From assembly GCF_000013045.1 (NCBI RefSeq), contig NC_007677.1:3096203-3160202 (forward strand): DNA of 64,000 nt. Reading direction: 5' to 3'. Origin of the DNA: Salinibacter ruber DSM 13855. GTDB lineage: Bacteria > Bacteroidota > Rhodothermia > Rhodothermales > Salinibacteraceae. The notes under the pieces were generated by a model. That model made no database searches. It was given only the letters and a program-made list of their open reading frames with translations, and was not told where the DNA came from. The position numbers and the translations under genes were made by a program. Position 1 is the first letter of the stretch. Every line of letters starts with the position of its first letter. Below, piece after piece: positions 28,572 through 38,357 of this stretch.

Positions 28572-30338
28572 ATGGACGGCGAGACGCTTCCTGTCGACGA
28601 ACACGGCCACGTTCGGGTCGCCCGCCTACTGTGTCTGCTGGGGGCCGTCCTGGTATCCCTGTACGTCCCCCTGTACGGGGCCGGTGCCGACGCCCCAGTC
28701 TCGATGAGCTGGCTTCACTTCGGCGTAGCGGGACTGCTCGTGGCCCTGATCGGCGCCTCGTACATCTCCGACACGGTCCGTCGCCGCCACGTGGCGATCA
28801 CGTGGGGGCTGCTCTACGCCATCATGGGATGGACCGCGGTCCTCGCCGCGCTCAACGAGTTCGCCGGGGGATACGCGGTGGGCGTCCTTCTGGTCTACGC
28901 CGTCTTCGGGGGCGTGGTGGCACTGGGAAGCGCGTCGATGAGACCCGTCTTGACGTTTCTTCTGGCGGGCCTTTTGGCGGTTGGGGGGGCACTGCTGTGG
29001 GCCCCTGTGCTCCAGACGAGTCCCTGGGCGCTGATCGGGGCCATGGGCGTCGTGGCCCTCGTCGAAGGGGCCACCCTCCGGTGGGTTCGGTCGGTGTGTG
29101 CCCGCCTTCGGACCCAGGGGCGAACCCTTCGCGAGCAGCGCGACCTCCTGGACCGTCTCGTGGAGACGAGTCCCCACGCGGTCGTTCGGGTCGACGCGAG
29201 CGGGGCGCCCACCGGTGCAAATGGCCGGGCCGAAGAGATTCTCGGCCCCGATGTGGAAGCGGCGTCCGGCGACTCGGACGGGGCCACCACAGGCGGGTCT
29301 GCCGGAGACGAGGAGACAACGCCCCCCGGCACCCGCCCCCTGTCGCAGGTTCTGCAGGTGAGGCGCGTCGTGCGCAACCTAAAGTGCTCGGTCGAGCGGC
29401 CGGACGGCACCCGGCGCGTGCTTTCGGCCAGCGGCGCGCCGGTGCGGGGGGCCGACGGGACGATTCGCGAGGCCGTCTTTCACCTCGAAGACGTGACCGA
29501 GCAGGAACGTCGGAAGCAGGCCCTCCGGCGGGCCGAAGAGGAGATCGAAGAGGCCGACCGCCTCAAGTCCGCCCTGCTGGCGAACATGAACCACGAAATC
29601 CGCACCCCCTTGACCGCGATCATCGGGTTTGCCGAGGCGATCGGCACGACCGCCAGTGAGATGGACCTGCCCGAGCACACCCCACTGACCGGCTACGCCG
29701 ACCTGATTGAGCAGAGCGGGAAGCGCCTGCTCGACACCTTCGAGGACATACTGGACCTCTCCCAATTGGAGGCGGGCCAGATGGAGCTCGGCATCGAGAC
29801 GGTCGACCTCGCCGAGCAGGCCCGCCGGGCCGTCCAGGAATGCGGGGCCAACGCCCAGGACAAAGAGATCGACGTGCGGCTGGAGGCGACCAGCGTCTCT
29901 GCGCGTGCCAACGAGAACGGGGTCCAGGTCGCGCTGCAGAACCTCCTGGACAACGCGATCAAGTACACGGCGGATGGGGGCACCGTGTGGGTGCGGACCC
30001 GTCCGGAGCCGGGGAGGGCTGTGCTGGAGGTCGAAGACGACGGAGCCGGGATGGAGCCGGAGACGGTCGATCAGCTCTTCGAGCCGTTCCGACAGGCCTC
30101 CACCGGCATGGCACGCGAGTACGAAGGCGCCGGCGTTGGCCTCGCGGTCACGAAGGAGGCGACCGAGCAAATGGGCGGGGCGATTGAGGTGGAGACCGAG
30201 CCGGGGGCAGGCAGCCGGTTCCTCATCCGATTCCCGATGGCGGACCACAGCACTCACGACTGCGGGGACGGCCCCGTTGAGCCTTCCGAGGAGGTCGCCG
30301 ATGCGCATCGGGACCCCCAGACGACCGTGACGAACTGA
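28572..30338 (+). CDS. Sensor histidine kinase (7TM-like membrane domain paralogous to the first kinase + PAS + HisKA + HATPase_c)
   Basis: N-terminal membrane region aligns with the first kinase (RLLCLLGAVLVSLY.../...WGLLYAIMGW...LLWAPVLQ). H-box LANMNHEIRTPLTAIIGFAEA. ATG at 28572; a GTG at 28464 is also possible. Confidence 0.85.
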   Translation: MDGETLPVDEHGHVRVARLLCLLGAVLVSLYVPLYGAGADAPVSMSWLHFGVAGLLVALIGASYISDTVRRRHVAITWGLLYAIMGWTAVLAALNEFAGGYAVGVLLVYAVFGGVVALGSASMRPVLTFLLAGLLAVGGALLWAPVLQTSPWALIGAMGVVALVEGATLRWVRSVCARLRTQGRTLREQRDLLDRLVETSPHAVVRVDASGAPTGANGRAEEILGPDVEAASGDSDGATTGGSAGDEETTPPGTRPLSQVLQVRRVVRNLKCSVERPDGTRRVLSASGAPVRGADGTIREAVFHLEDVTEQERRKQALRRAEEEIEEADRLKSALLANMNHEIRTPLTAIIGFAEAIGTTASEMDLPEHTPLTGYADLIEQSGKRLLDTFEDILDLSQLEAGQMELGIETVDLAEQARRAVQECGANAQDKEIDVRLEATSVSARANENGVQVALQNLLDNAIKYTADGGTVWVRTRPEPGRAVLEVEDDGAGMEPETVDQLFEPFRQASTGMAREYEGAGVGLAVTKEATEQMGGAIEVETEPGAGSRFLIRFPMADHSTHDCGDGPVEPSEEVADAHRDPQTTVTN

Positions 30339-30392
30339 CGCCGAATACGACTGCCCCCACGCTTCCCCATCCCCTTTTCGTTCCTGCCGACC

Positions 30393-31226
30393 ATGAGCAC
30401 ACGCGCCGTGGAGACCGAAGCATTGGAGGCCAAGTTTCCCACGCTCCCCTCTGCGATCGAGGCGGTAGAGGAGTTGATCGCGTCCGGACAGACCGATCCC
30501 GAGAAGCTGATCGCGGTCGTCAAGCAGTGTCCGTCGACGTCCCTCAATGTCCTCCGCCGGGCAAACTCTGCCTACTACGGCCTGCGACACGAAGTTGAAA
30601 GCGTCGAGCAGGCGGTACGCCTTCTCGGCTTCGTCGAGGTGACGTCGATCGTTGTGCTTGAAGGCGCCAACGAGATGCGGGACCAACTCACGAACCACAC
30701 GGGCCTTCTCGACCGCATCATGCACGCCGCCATTTTCACCGGCCGGTTCACCCAACAGCTGACTCGCCAGCTCGACCTGGCGGACGAATGGGCGCGCCCA
30801 GCCTTCTCGGTGGGGCTCCTCCACGTGATGGGCCGCCTCGTGCTTCTGTACTCCGCCCCGGCCCAGTATGCCCCGCTGGCCGATGGACAGGACGACGCTC
30901 TTCCCGAGGTGGGGGATGAACGGCGCCTCTTCGGGGAGGGCCATCGCACCCTCGCCCGCCGCGCCGGCGAACACTGGAACCTCTCCGACCGCATCTGCTC
31001 GGTCCTACACCGCGCCATCGACCTGTCCGGGCCTTCGACGGGCCGACGGTGGACGCTGGCAGTGGCCGTTCGGGCGGGGAGCGCCCTGGCCCAGCGTGAC
31101 CTGAGCAACGCGCCGCTCGCGCTCCCGAAGGGCCTGCCCACCGCCGACGCCTCCCTGCCGGAGGAGCTCGTGGCCGTCGCCGCCGACGACGCGACCGACT
31201 ACGCCGCGAACCTGGGCACCTTTTGA
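30393..31226 (+). CDS. HDOD-domain signalling protein
   Basis: HDOD-like core (LNVLRRANSAYYGLRHEVESVEQAVRLLGFVEVTSIVV). Lies 54 bp downstream of the third kinase and is probably co-transcribed with it. Confidence 0.65.
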   Translation: MSTRAVETEALEAKFPTLPSAIEAVEELIASGQTDPEKLIAVVKQCPSTSLNVLRRANSAYYGLRHEVESVEQAVRLLGFVEVTSIVVLEGANEMRDQLTNHTGLLDRIMHAAIFTGRFTQQLTRQLDLADEWARPAFSVGLLHVMGRLVLLYSAPAQYAPLADGQDDALPEVGDERRLFGEGHRTLARRAGEHWNLSDRICSVLHRAIDLSGPSTGRRWTLAVAVRAGSALAQRDLSNAPLALPKGLPTADASLPEELVAVAADDATDYAANLGTF

Positions 31227-31322
31227 GGCGTCCCGCCCTCCACGGCAGCCCGGCGCGGAGGGGCTCGGGACGGCTGCTTCAGGCCCCCGCGTGTCGGCCG
31301 CCGCGTCATCCCGCGGCCCATG

Positions 31323-32678
31323 TCATCCTGCGGCCCGCGTCAGTGGGTCCTCATCGACGAGCGGGCCGGACCCGTCGCTCAGAATGTTCTTGACGACGTC
31401 CTTGCTCATGCCGAGTCCCACGCCGGTGCCGATGCCGGACACCCCCAGTACCGTCACCTGATCCGGGCCGATGAGGTTGAAGGCCCGGCGCTTCAGCTTC
31501 GACGTCCGGAGCTCGAAGTTGCGCTTGAGCGCCTCGAGGGAATTCTGTAGCGAGATGGCCTTCTTGAGCCGCGCTCGGAAGTTGGCCAGGTCCCGGTCCA
31601 GCTCCGACGCCCCCTCCTCCAGCTTCCGCCGCGCCTCGATGAGCACCTCCTGGCGCTTCTCGTTGACCAGCTCGGTGATGTCGGTGTCCAGCGAGATCTT
31701 GGCCTGCTGCAGCTCCGGGGTCAGGCGACGGGCCTGTTTCCGCTTCGTGCGGAGCTCGGACTCGACGGCCTTGACGGCCGACTCGAGCCGCACCTGCCGC
31801 TTCTCCTTCATGGCGTCGATCTCCTTGAGGAGCGTGCGGATCTCTTCGAGGTCCTCCAGGATCTGATTGTCGGCCGACGGCATGCTCACGTTCGTCACCT
31901 CGATGCCGAAGTCGTCGGAGAGGTGGTCGTTGAGCGCCGCCACGATGTTGTCGAGCGAGTCGCGCCCGCTGAACTTCACCCGGGCGTCCTCCACGGACGT
32001 GATGATGCGCAGCGCGATGTAGGAGGCGTAGAGGTTGAGGCTCTTCATGATGCCCGCCGGGGTGGTGTTCGCGATGAACTTCTTCGCGTCGACCACCTGG
32101 AAGACGATCTGGCTGGAGATGCCGATGCTCGCGTAGTCGGCGGTAAAGTTCGCGTTGTGCATGTCCACCACCTGGTCCCGCTTCGAGACGAGGTACGGGA
32201 TGTAGTCGGAAAATCGAAACAGCCAGTTGCGCCCGTTGCGGGTCTCTTTGTTCTCGTAGGGCTCCCCAAAGCGGCAGAGCACCCCCTCGTAGCCCTCCGG
32301 CACGTCCACCTTGGCGTTGAGCACGTACCGGGCCCCGAACGCGAGGGCGCCGCCGAGGAAAAACAGGTACGCGACCACGTTGAGAACCGAGGGCAGAAGG
32401 ACCAGCAGAAAGAGCCCCATGAGCAGGGGCCCGATGCCCGCAAATCGGCGCCGGTCGGGGACAAACCTGAGCACCTCCTCCTCGTCGATCCCCCGAAACT
32501 GTTCTTTGAGCGTCTCTCGGGCCGAGTCGGTTACCATCCCGACCATCGCCCCGAGCTTGTCCTCAATCTCCCCCTGCACCTTCTTCCGTCCCTCCTCGAT
32601 GGAGGCCTGAAGCTCATCCGAGGCCTTGTCGCCGACCTCGTTTGCGATGTCGCCGGCGGCGTCCTGTACGCGTTCCAT
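31323..32678 (-). CDS. SPFH/Band-7 domain membrane protein (flotillin/stomatin-like) with coiled-coil C-terminus
   Basis: Central TM segment then a Band-7 core (GVLCRFGEPYENKETRNGRNWLFRF...IVFQVVD) and a long heptad-rich tail. Confidence 0.7.
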   Translation of the reverse strand: MERVQDAAGDIANEVGDKASDELQASIEEGRKKVQGEIEDKLGAMVGMVTDSARETLKEQFRGIDEEEVLRFVPDRRRFAGIGPLLMGLFLLVLLPSVLNVVAYLFFLGGALAFGARYVLNAKVDVPEGYEGVLCRFGEPYENKETRNGRNWLFRFSDYIPYLVSKRDQVVDMHNANFTADYASIGISSQIVFQVVDAKKFIANTTPAGIMKSLNLYASYIALRIITSVEDARVKFSGRDSLDNIVAALNDHLSDDFGIEVTNVSMPSADNQILEDLEEIRTLLKEIDAMKEKRQVRLESAVKAVESELRTKRKQARRLTPELQQAKISLDTDITELVNEKRQEVLIEARRKLEEGASELDRDLANFRARLKKAISLQNSLEALKRNFELRTSKLKRRAFNLIGPDQVTVLGVSGIGTGVGLGMSKDVVKNILSDGSGPLVDEDPLTRAAG

Positions 32679-32737
32679 GGTTGGTTGGGCGTCTTTGATG
32701 CCAACGGAAGTGAACTGCGGACGGCCCGCGGGGCGCG

Positions 32738-34426
32738 CTAGCCCTCCTGCAGCGACGCTTCGACGTCCTCGGAAATTTCTTCGAGCCGCGACTCGACGTT
32801 GTCCAGTGAAAACCGCTCGGTCGAGATTTCCGACTCGGACGAGATCTGGTCGAGGGCCGTCTGGAGGCGATCCATGATCTCGCTGACGTTCACGTCTTCG
32901 GCCTTCCCCTCAATCTCCTGGATGATTTCCTCAATCTCTGCCTCGGTGTAGGAGTCGCCGGCCTCCTCGACGAGGCGTTCGAGCTGCCGGAGCGTTCCGG
33001 TGTCTTCCAGCACGCGCTGGACCACGTCCTCCCCAGGGATGATGTCCTCATTCACCCCATTTACGACGACGGACTCGACCTGCGGGACGTACTCCGGCAG
33101 CTTGGTTTCGAGCTCGTCCAGAATCTGCTCCCACTCCGAGTTGAACCGCTCGATGGCCCCGATCGTGCTCATCTCTTTGGCCCGAATCTGCGCCTGCAGG
33201 GACTCGATGAGCGAGATGGCCGGGGCGATCTCCTCCTGCGCCGCGTTCTCGATCGTGGCCTCGCGGGCCTGCATGATGGCTTCCTTGTTCTCCTCGTCGT
33301 TGAGCGTCTGCCGCATCGACTTGATCTCGCGGAGGACCTGATCGGTCTCCCGCACCGCCAGCTTGAGCTCGGCCACCTTCGCCTGGATTTCCTCGTCGAT
33401 CTCCTCCTCGGTAATTTCGCGCAGCGTCTCGGTGGCCTGGCGCAGCCGCGTGATCGACGACACGAGCGGCAGGGCCAGCGTACGCAGGTAGTCCCCGCTC
33501 GTGAGGTTGCCGACCGGGATGTGGTCGATGATGTCGATGCCGTAGTCCGAGCCGAGCCGCTGCAACCGATCCAGGATCTGGCGCCGGTCCGGGTCGTCGG
33601 ACTCCTCGAGGTCGAACTGAGAGATGTCAATCTCCTCGATCTGGGAGGCGCCCGTGAGGTACTCAACCGAGAGGTCGCTCGACTCGAGGTTGTCGAGGCG
33701 CTCCGTGACGCTCTCCCCCTCGATCTCCGGCACCGCCACCGACTCGACCATGAACTGGTTGAACTCCCGCGCACTGATCTTGAGCACCGCGTCCTTGATG
33801 ATGCTCTCGTAGACCTCCCGGAGCTGGCGGAGGAATTTCTCGAAGCCGCCCCGCTCGAGGAGGCGGTACGTGTCGGTGACCCGCATGCGGATGGCCCCCC
33901 GGTACTTCTGGGTGATGTTCTCGCTGGTGTTGCCGTCAATCTCCGGCATCTCCAGCACGATCAGCTTCGAGGAGACCACCGCGTAGGGCTGCACCCGCGG
34001 ATCCAGCACAAAGCTCCACTCGCCGGGCCGGAGCGTCTTGACGATCTTCTCGTGCTTCATGAAGTGGATCTCGGCCCCCGGCTGGCCGGTGTAGAGGTTG
34101 TTTTTCACCAGCGAGAACCCGAAGTATAGCAGATAGAGCACGACCGCGGTCAGCCACGTCCCGAGCGACACCACTTCCCACCCGTGGAGCGCATCGACCG
34201 TCCAGTGCACGCCCTCCGGCAAAACGCCGAGGGGCTGGTGCAGAAAGTACACCGAGAGGACGAACACAAGGCCGAGGGCCCGGAAGAACGTCGGGAAGAA
34301 GCTGAACACCCCACTCTCAACGTAGACGATGCCGATGGTCTGTCCGTCCGGGTCCTGTTGCCCGATCCGCCGGAGCGCGTCCTGGTAACTGCCCCGCTTC
34401 TCGGTGACTCCAATCACAGAATCCAT
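32738..34426 (-). CDS. SPFH/flotillin-like membrane protein with very acidic coiled-coil tail
   Basis: Two N-terminal TM helices, a Band-7-like segment (IHFMKHEKIVKTLRPGEWSFVLDPRVQPYAVV), then about 300 aa of Glu/Asp/Ile-rich coiled coil. Confidence 0.6.
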   Translation of the reverse strand: MDSVIGVTEKRGSYQDALRRIGQQDPDGQTIGIVYVESGVFSFFPTFFRALGLVFVLSVYFLHQPLGVLPEGVHWTVDALHGWEVVSLGTWLTAVVLYLLYFGFSLVKNNLYTGQPGAEIHFMKHEKIVKTLRPGEWSFVLDPRVQPYAVVSSKLIVLEMPEIDGNTSENITQKYRGAIRMRVTDTYRLLERGGFEKFLRQLREVYESIIKDAVLKISAREFNQFMVESVAVPEIEGESVTERLDNLESSDLSVEYLTGASQIEEIDISQFDLEESDDPDRRQILDRLQRLGSDYGIDIIDHIPVGNLTSGDYLRTLALPLVSSITRLRQATETLREITEEEIDEEIQAKVAELKLAVRETDQVLREIKSMRQTLNDEENKEAIMQAREATIENAAQEEIAPAISLIESLQAQIRAKEMSTIGAIERFNSEWEQILDELETKLPEYVPQVESVVVNGVNEDIIPGEDVVQRVLEDTGTLRQLERLVEEAGDSYTEAEIEEIIQEIEGKAEDVNVSEIMDRLQTALDQISSESEISTERFSLDNVESRLEEISEDVEASLQEG

Positions 34427-35229
34427 GGGGGAAGGGTCGGTGGGTGTAGAAGAGCGTTCTCTGAATGCCGGGTCGCGGGCCGACGCGGCCCGTCCGTGGG
34501 CCGGAGAGTGGAATCGTCGGATTTTTGCTGTTTCCCGCGTGCCCCTTCACGACGAAACGGGCGGAGTTGTTACAGGCCCCGCATCGCCGACCGGAGTACC
34601 GTTCCGCCTTCCGTCTTCCCGCCACCACTTGGCCCCTACGGCCTCATCTGGGGGCAGGAACGGTCTGTTCGGGGCAGGCTTATGTGCAGTAGCGATGATG
34701 CTGGTTCCCCTGTCGCCCTCCTCTCCGACAGTTCCGGACGCCGATGGACACGACTTCCGAAGACACGCCCCCGAACGTTTCGTTTCGAACACGCCTCGCT
34801 GTCCTCCGGCCGCGAGATCATGCGACCCTGCTCCTCACGCCGATACTCGTGGGGCTCGGCCTTCTAGAGGGGGCCACGTCGGGGGGCGCCCCGGCCGACC
34901 TGTTCTCCGCGGGCCTTCTGCTTGCGTTGGCGGCCGTGGGCGGGTACCGGTCGTACATGGCGTGGCGGAAACCCTCCTCTGATTTTCAGGCCGGACGGCC
35001 GGAGGGCAATCCGGCATCGTAGGGGAGACGCAGGGCGCACGTGGTCACGGCCCCCTCGCCCTGGAGACGCCGAGACGCCCGAACACGTGCCGTTTCGTCT
35101 GCGTGGTCCCCGAACGTTCGAACACGGGAGCACCCGGGACGGAGCGCACGCCGCCGAGACCGGGCCCTGGCGCGTTCGAAGGGCCCTCCGAACCTCGCCG
35201 CTTTCTCTTTCGCACCGCTCCACTGCTAC

Positions 35230-35706
35230 ATGCCCGACTCCGTTGACGCCCTCGACCACGAGCGGTTCGTCCGGGCCGCCATCGACGAAGCTGGCTCGGC
35301 CCAGGACGCCGGCAATCCGCCTTTTGGCGCCGTGCTGGTGGGCCCGGGCGGGACGGTCCTAGACCGCGCCGGCAATACGGAGGGCCGCACGGGGGACTGC
35401 ACGGGGCACGCCGAGACCAATCTCGTCCGCGCCGCCTCTCAGGAGTATGACCCGGAGCGGCTCGCGAAGGCCACCCTCTACGCGAGCACGGAGCCGTGCG
35501 CGATGTGCGCTGGGGCCATCTTCTGGGCCCGCATCGGGCGCGTCGTGTTTGGGCTGCGCGCCGAGCGCCTCTACGACATGAAGGGCGACGCCGGGCGCCA
35601 GTTGGCCCTGTCCTGCGAGGACGTGCTCGCCCGGGGCAACCACGAGGTGGAGGTCGTCGGGCCGGTGCTGGAGGACGAAGCCGCGGCGGTGTTCGACATT
35701 TCATGA
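35230..35706 (+). CDS. CMP/dCMP-type zinc-dependent nucleoside/nucleotide deaminase (TadA/GuaD-like)
   Basis: HAE...(25)...PCAMC zinc-binding signature (CTGHAETNLV ... STEPCAMCAGAI). ATG at 35230. Confidence 0.8.
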   Translation: MPDSVDALDHERFVRAAIDEAGSAQDAGNPPFGAVLVGPGGTVLDRAGNTEGRTGDCTGHAETNLVRAASQEYDPERLAKATLYASTEPCAMCAGAIFWARIGRVVFGLRAERLYDMKGDAGRQLALSCEDVLARGNHEVEVVGPVLEDEAAAVFDIS

Positions 35707-35855
35707 CTTCCACGGGCGCATGGCTCTCCGCTCAGGTCTCATCGTGGCGGACGCGCGTCACCACCGCGGTTTGGACACCGGTCAGATGCGCCTAGGGGGC
35801 AAGCTCATGCCGAACATTCTCGGTCAGTCCCCACTGCGCCCAGTCCGTTCATCAG

Positions 35856-36995
35856 CTACGATGCCATCGACGCCGGCAGCTCCGCCTTCTTCGTCCCCAC
35901 CTCCGGGTCTGCCCCGTCGCCGCCCGGCGACGGCAGGTCGTCCGGCACGTCGGGCTTCTTCGTGTCCACCGCGTCCGGGTCGGCGGTCTCCTCCGGCAGC
36001 TTGGCGGCGGGCACCTGGATGTCGGGCGCGTCGGGCTTGAAGTTGAGCATCACTTCGAGCACGCCCGCCTTCGTCTCCGGCTGCATCAGCTCGTGCCGCA
36101 GCGTCGACGCGTTGCGGAAGCCCTTGAAGTAGCTGCTGTAGTTCTTGCGCATCTCCATCACGCCGGTCCGCTCGCCCAGCCACTCGCACTTGAGCGACAG
36201 GTGCTCGGCCACCACCTGTACGCGCTCCTCCCAGTCGGGGGGCGGGGGCAGCTCGCCGGTCTCCATGTAGGTCTTCGCGCGCTCAAAAATCCACGGGTTG
36301 CCGAGCGCCCCGCGCCCGAGCATCACGCCGTCGACGCCCGTCTCCTCGAACATCGCCTCGATGGCCTCCGGGTCCAGCGCATCCCCGTTCCCGATAAACG
36401 GCATGTCGCGGGTGCCCTCCTCCTTGATCGTGCGGAGCCACTCCCACCGGGCGTCGCCCTTGTACTTTTGCTCCCGGGTGCGGGCGTGTACCGTGAGCGC
36501 CGCGACGCCCATGTCCTCCAGCATGCGGGCCACGTCCACGATGTGAATCGAGTCGTCGTCCCAGCCCAGGCGCGTCTTGACCGTGACCGGGCGGGTGGCC
36601 TCCTCCATCACCGCCGCCGTGATGTTGCGCATCTTGTCGAGGTTGCGCAGCACCCCGGCCCCGCCGTCCTTCTGCACGATTTTGCGGACGGGACAGCCGA
36701 AGTTGATGTCGATCACGTCCGGCCCGGCGGCGTCGACCATGGGCGTCGCGTTGCGGACCTCGTCGATCCCGCCGCCCCACACCTGAATGCCGATGGGGCG
36801 CTCCTCGTCGAAAATCTCCAGCTTCTGGTGCTCGTGCTCCTGCTCGCGGAGGAGCCCCGCGGAGGAGACGAACTCGGTGTACATCATGTCGGCCCCGTAC
36901 CGCTTGCAGAGGATGCGGAACGGCGGGTCGCTCACGTCCTCCATGGGCGCGAGGAAGAGGGGCCGGTCGTCAAAGTCGAGGTGGCCGATGCGCAT
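35856..36995 (-). CDS. dus: tRNA-dihydrouridine synthase (Dus family)
   Basis: FMN-binding TIM-barrel motifs (LAPMEDVSDPPFR, DINFGCPVRKIV, catalytic Cys, VKTRLGWDD) and a C-terminal Lys/Asp/Pro-rich tail. ATG at 36995 (MRIGHLDFDD). Confidence 0.85.
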   Translation of the reverse strand: MRIGHLDFDDRPLFLAPMEDVSDPPFRILCKRYGADMMYTEFVSSAGLLREQEHEHQKLEIFDEERPIGIQVWGGGIDEVRNATPMVDAAGPDVIDINFGCPVRKIVQKDGGAGVLRNLDKMRNITAAVMEEATRPVTVKTRLGWDDDSIHIVDVARMLEDMGVAALTVHARTREQKYKGDARWEWLRTIKEEGTRDMPFIGNGDALDPEAIEAMFEETGVDGVMLGRGALGNPWIFERAKTYMETGELPPPPDWEERVQVVAEHLSLKCEWLGERTGVMEMRKNYSSYFKGFRNASTLRHELMQPETKAGVLEVMLNFKPDAPDIQVPAAKLPEETADPDAVDTKKPDVPDDLPSPGGDGADPEVGTKKAELPASMAS

Positions 36996-37185
36996 CGAAA
37001 CGAGGCCGACTTGGTTTGTAGCAGTGTGTTGCAAGGTGTCCAGAAACGGATTGTGCGCGGACGGTGGTTCCGAGAGTGTGCTGAAACGTTGAACGTTCGC
37101 ACGTTTAACGAGAGCCTGTACCCATTCCGGTCGCTCATTCGTACGTTGGGTGCACGGCCTCTTTTTCCTTGACCTTCTGGCCTTC

Positions 37186-37473
37186 ATGTCCGACGAACAC
37201 CGCTTTTCCCGCCTCCGTCCGCTCTCGCTCGGCCTGCTCGCGCCGCTCGCGGTGCTACTCACCGGCTGCGGCGGCCCCAACCTCATCGAGCGTCTGTCGA
37301 TCGGCAATTGGGGCTTCTGGGGCACCGTCATCATCGTGCTCGACCTCGTGGCACTGGTCGACCTGCTCGGCGACGGCACCCGGAGCACGACCAGCACGGT
37401 CGTCTGGGCGCTCCTGATCGTCTTCGCGCCGGTGCTCGGGGTGATCCTGTACTTTATCTTTGGTCGCGAGTAG
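37186..37473 (+). CDS. PLDc_N-domain small membrane protein (cardiolipin-synthase N-terminal-like)
   Basis: WALLIVFAPVLGVILYFIFGRE is the typical PLDc_N terminus. Lipobox-like LLTGCGG. ATG at 37186; a GTG at 37150 is possible. Confidence 0.6.
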   Translation: MSDEHRFSRLRPLSLGLLAPLAVLLTGCGGPNLIERLSIGNWGFWGTVIIVLDLVALVDLLGDGTRSTTSTVVWALLIVFAPVLGVILYFIFGRE

Positions 37474-37477
37474 CCCC

Positions 37478-38266
37478 ATGGAGAGCCGCACGGAGATGCA
37501 CGCGTGGACCTCCGGGCGGGCCGCCGGGGGCTGGGGGGCTGTCGCCGCAATCGCGGCGGGCCTGCTGATGATGGCCTGCGGCGGGCCCCGTGCCGTGACC
37601 GAGCCGGACCCGGCGGCGCAGTACCGGGCCGCCATTGCGGACGCCCGCACGGCGGAGCCGTCGGAGATTGCGACCACCCTCACGCCCCTCGTCCCGTACA
37701 ACGACGCGCTCGTCTGGCGCGCCCCGGCCGACTCGACGCGGCAGGTGCTCGTGGTGACCTGGGGCGGGGCCGACACCCTCCCCGCCGCCACGGCGGGCGA
37801 CACGGTGACGGCCGACCGGGACGTGTGGGTGACCGCCGCCCCCGCCCTCAAACAGTTCTGCCGCGCCTCCGACCGCACCGACAATGCCCTCCGGCTCCGC
37901 CTCGCGCAGCGCCTCGGCCTGCCGCCCGACGCGGACTACGACCGCTTCGTGGAGCTCTGGGTCCGCCCCCGAGACCTCGTGCGCCCCTGTCCCGACCCCG
38001 AAGTGACGGACCGTGAGTGCGAACTGCGCCCGCCCAAGCCCCAGACGCACGTGCCGGTCAGCGACGCCCACCAGGATTGGTTTCAGGGGTTGAAGGAGAC
38101 CTCCTACGGCCCGGACGGATACCCTTTCACCGGCCTCGGCTACACCTACGACTGGCACCCAGCGACCGACGAGGTGGGGCCGAGTGAGTTCGTGCTGCGG
38201 CCCGGCGAGCCCGGCATCGTCCGGGCCACGTACTCGACGGCCGCGTACTGCGACGGCTCAGGGTGA
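37478..38266 (+). CDS. Hypothetical lipoprotein
   Basis: Signal peptide with a Cys (AAGLLMMACGGPR). Trp/Tyr-containing composition argues for a real gene. No recognised domain. Confidence 0.5.
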   Translation: MESRTEMHAWTSGRAAGGWGAVAAIAAGLLMMACGGPRAVTEPDPAAQYRAAIADARTAEPSEIATTLTPLVPYNDALVWRAPADSTRQVLVVTWGGADTLPAATAGDTVTADRDVWVTAAPALKQFCRASDRTDNALRLRLAQRLGLPPDADYDRFVELWVRPRDLVRPCPDPEVTDRECELRPPKPQTHVPVSDAHQDWFQGLKETSYGPDGYPFTGLGYTYDWHPATDEVGPSEFVLRPGEPGIVRATYSTAAYCDGSG

Positions 38267-38357
38267 CCGGCATCTTTTCTTTGCGGTTTACACGATCGTG
38301 CCGACGGATGCCTACTTTGGCGATGCCGCTGTCTGTTTCCCACCGGCCCGCCCCCAC

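Noticed and set aside
34744-35022. 92-aa ORF with two hydrophobic segments in the 800-bp gap before the deaminase gene
   Set aside because: Possible small membrane protein, but the start is weak, the frame overlaps other equally long GC-driven ORFs and no homology is recognisable. Left uncalled; the gap may instead hold promoters or leaders.
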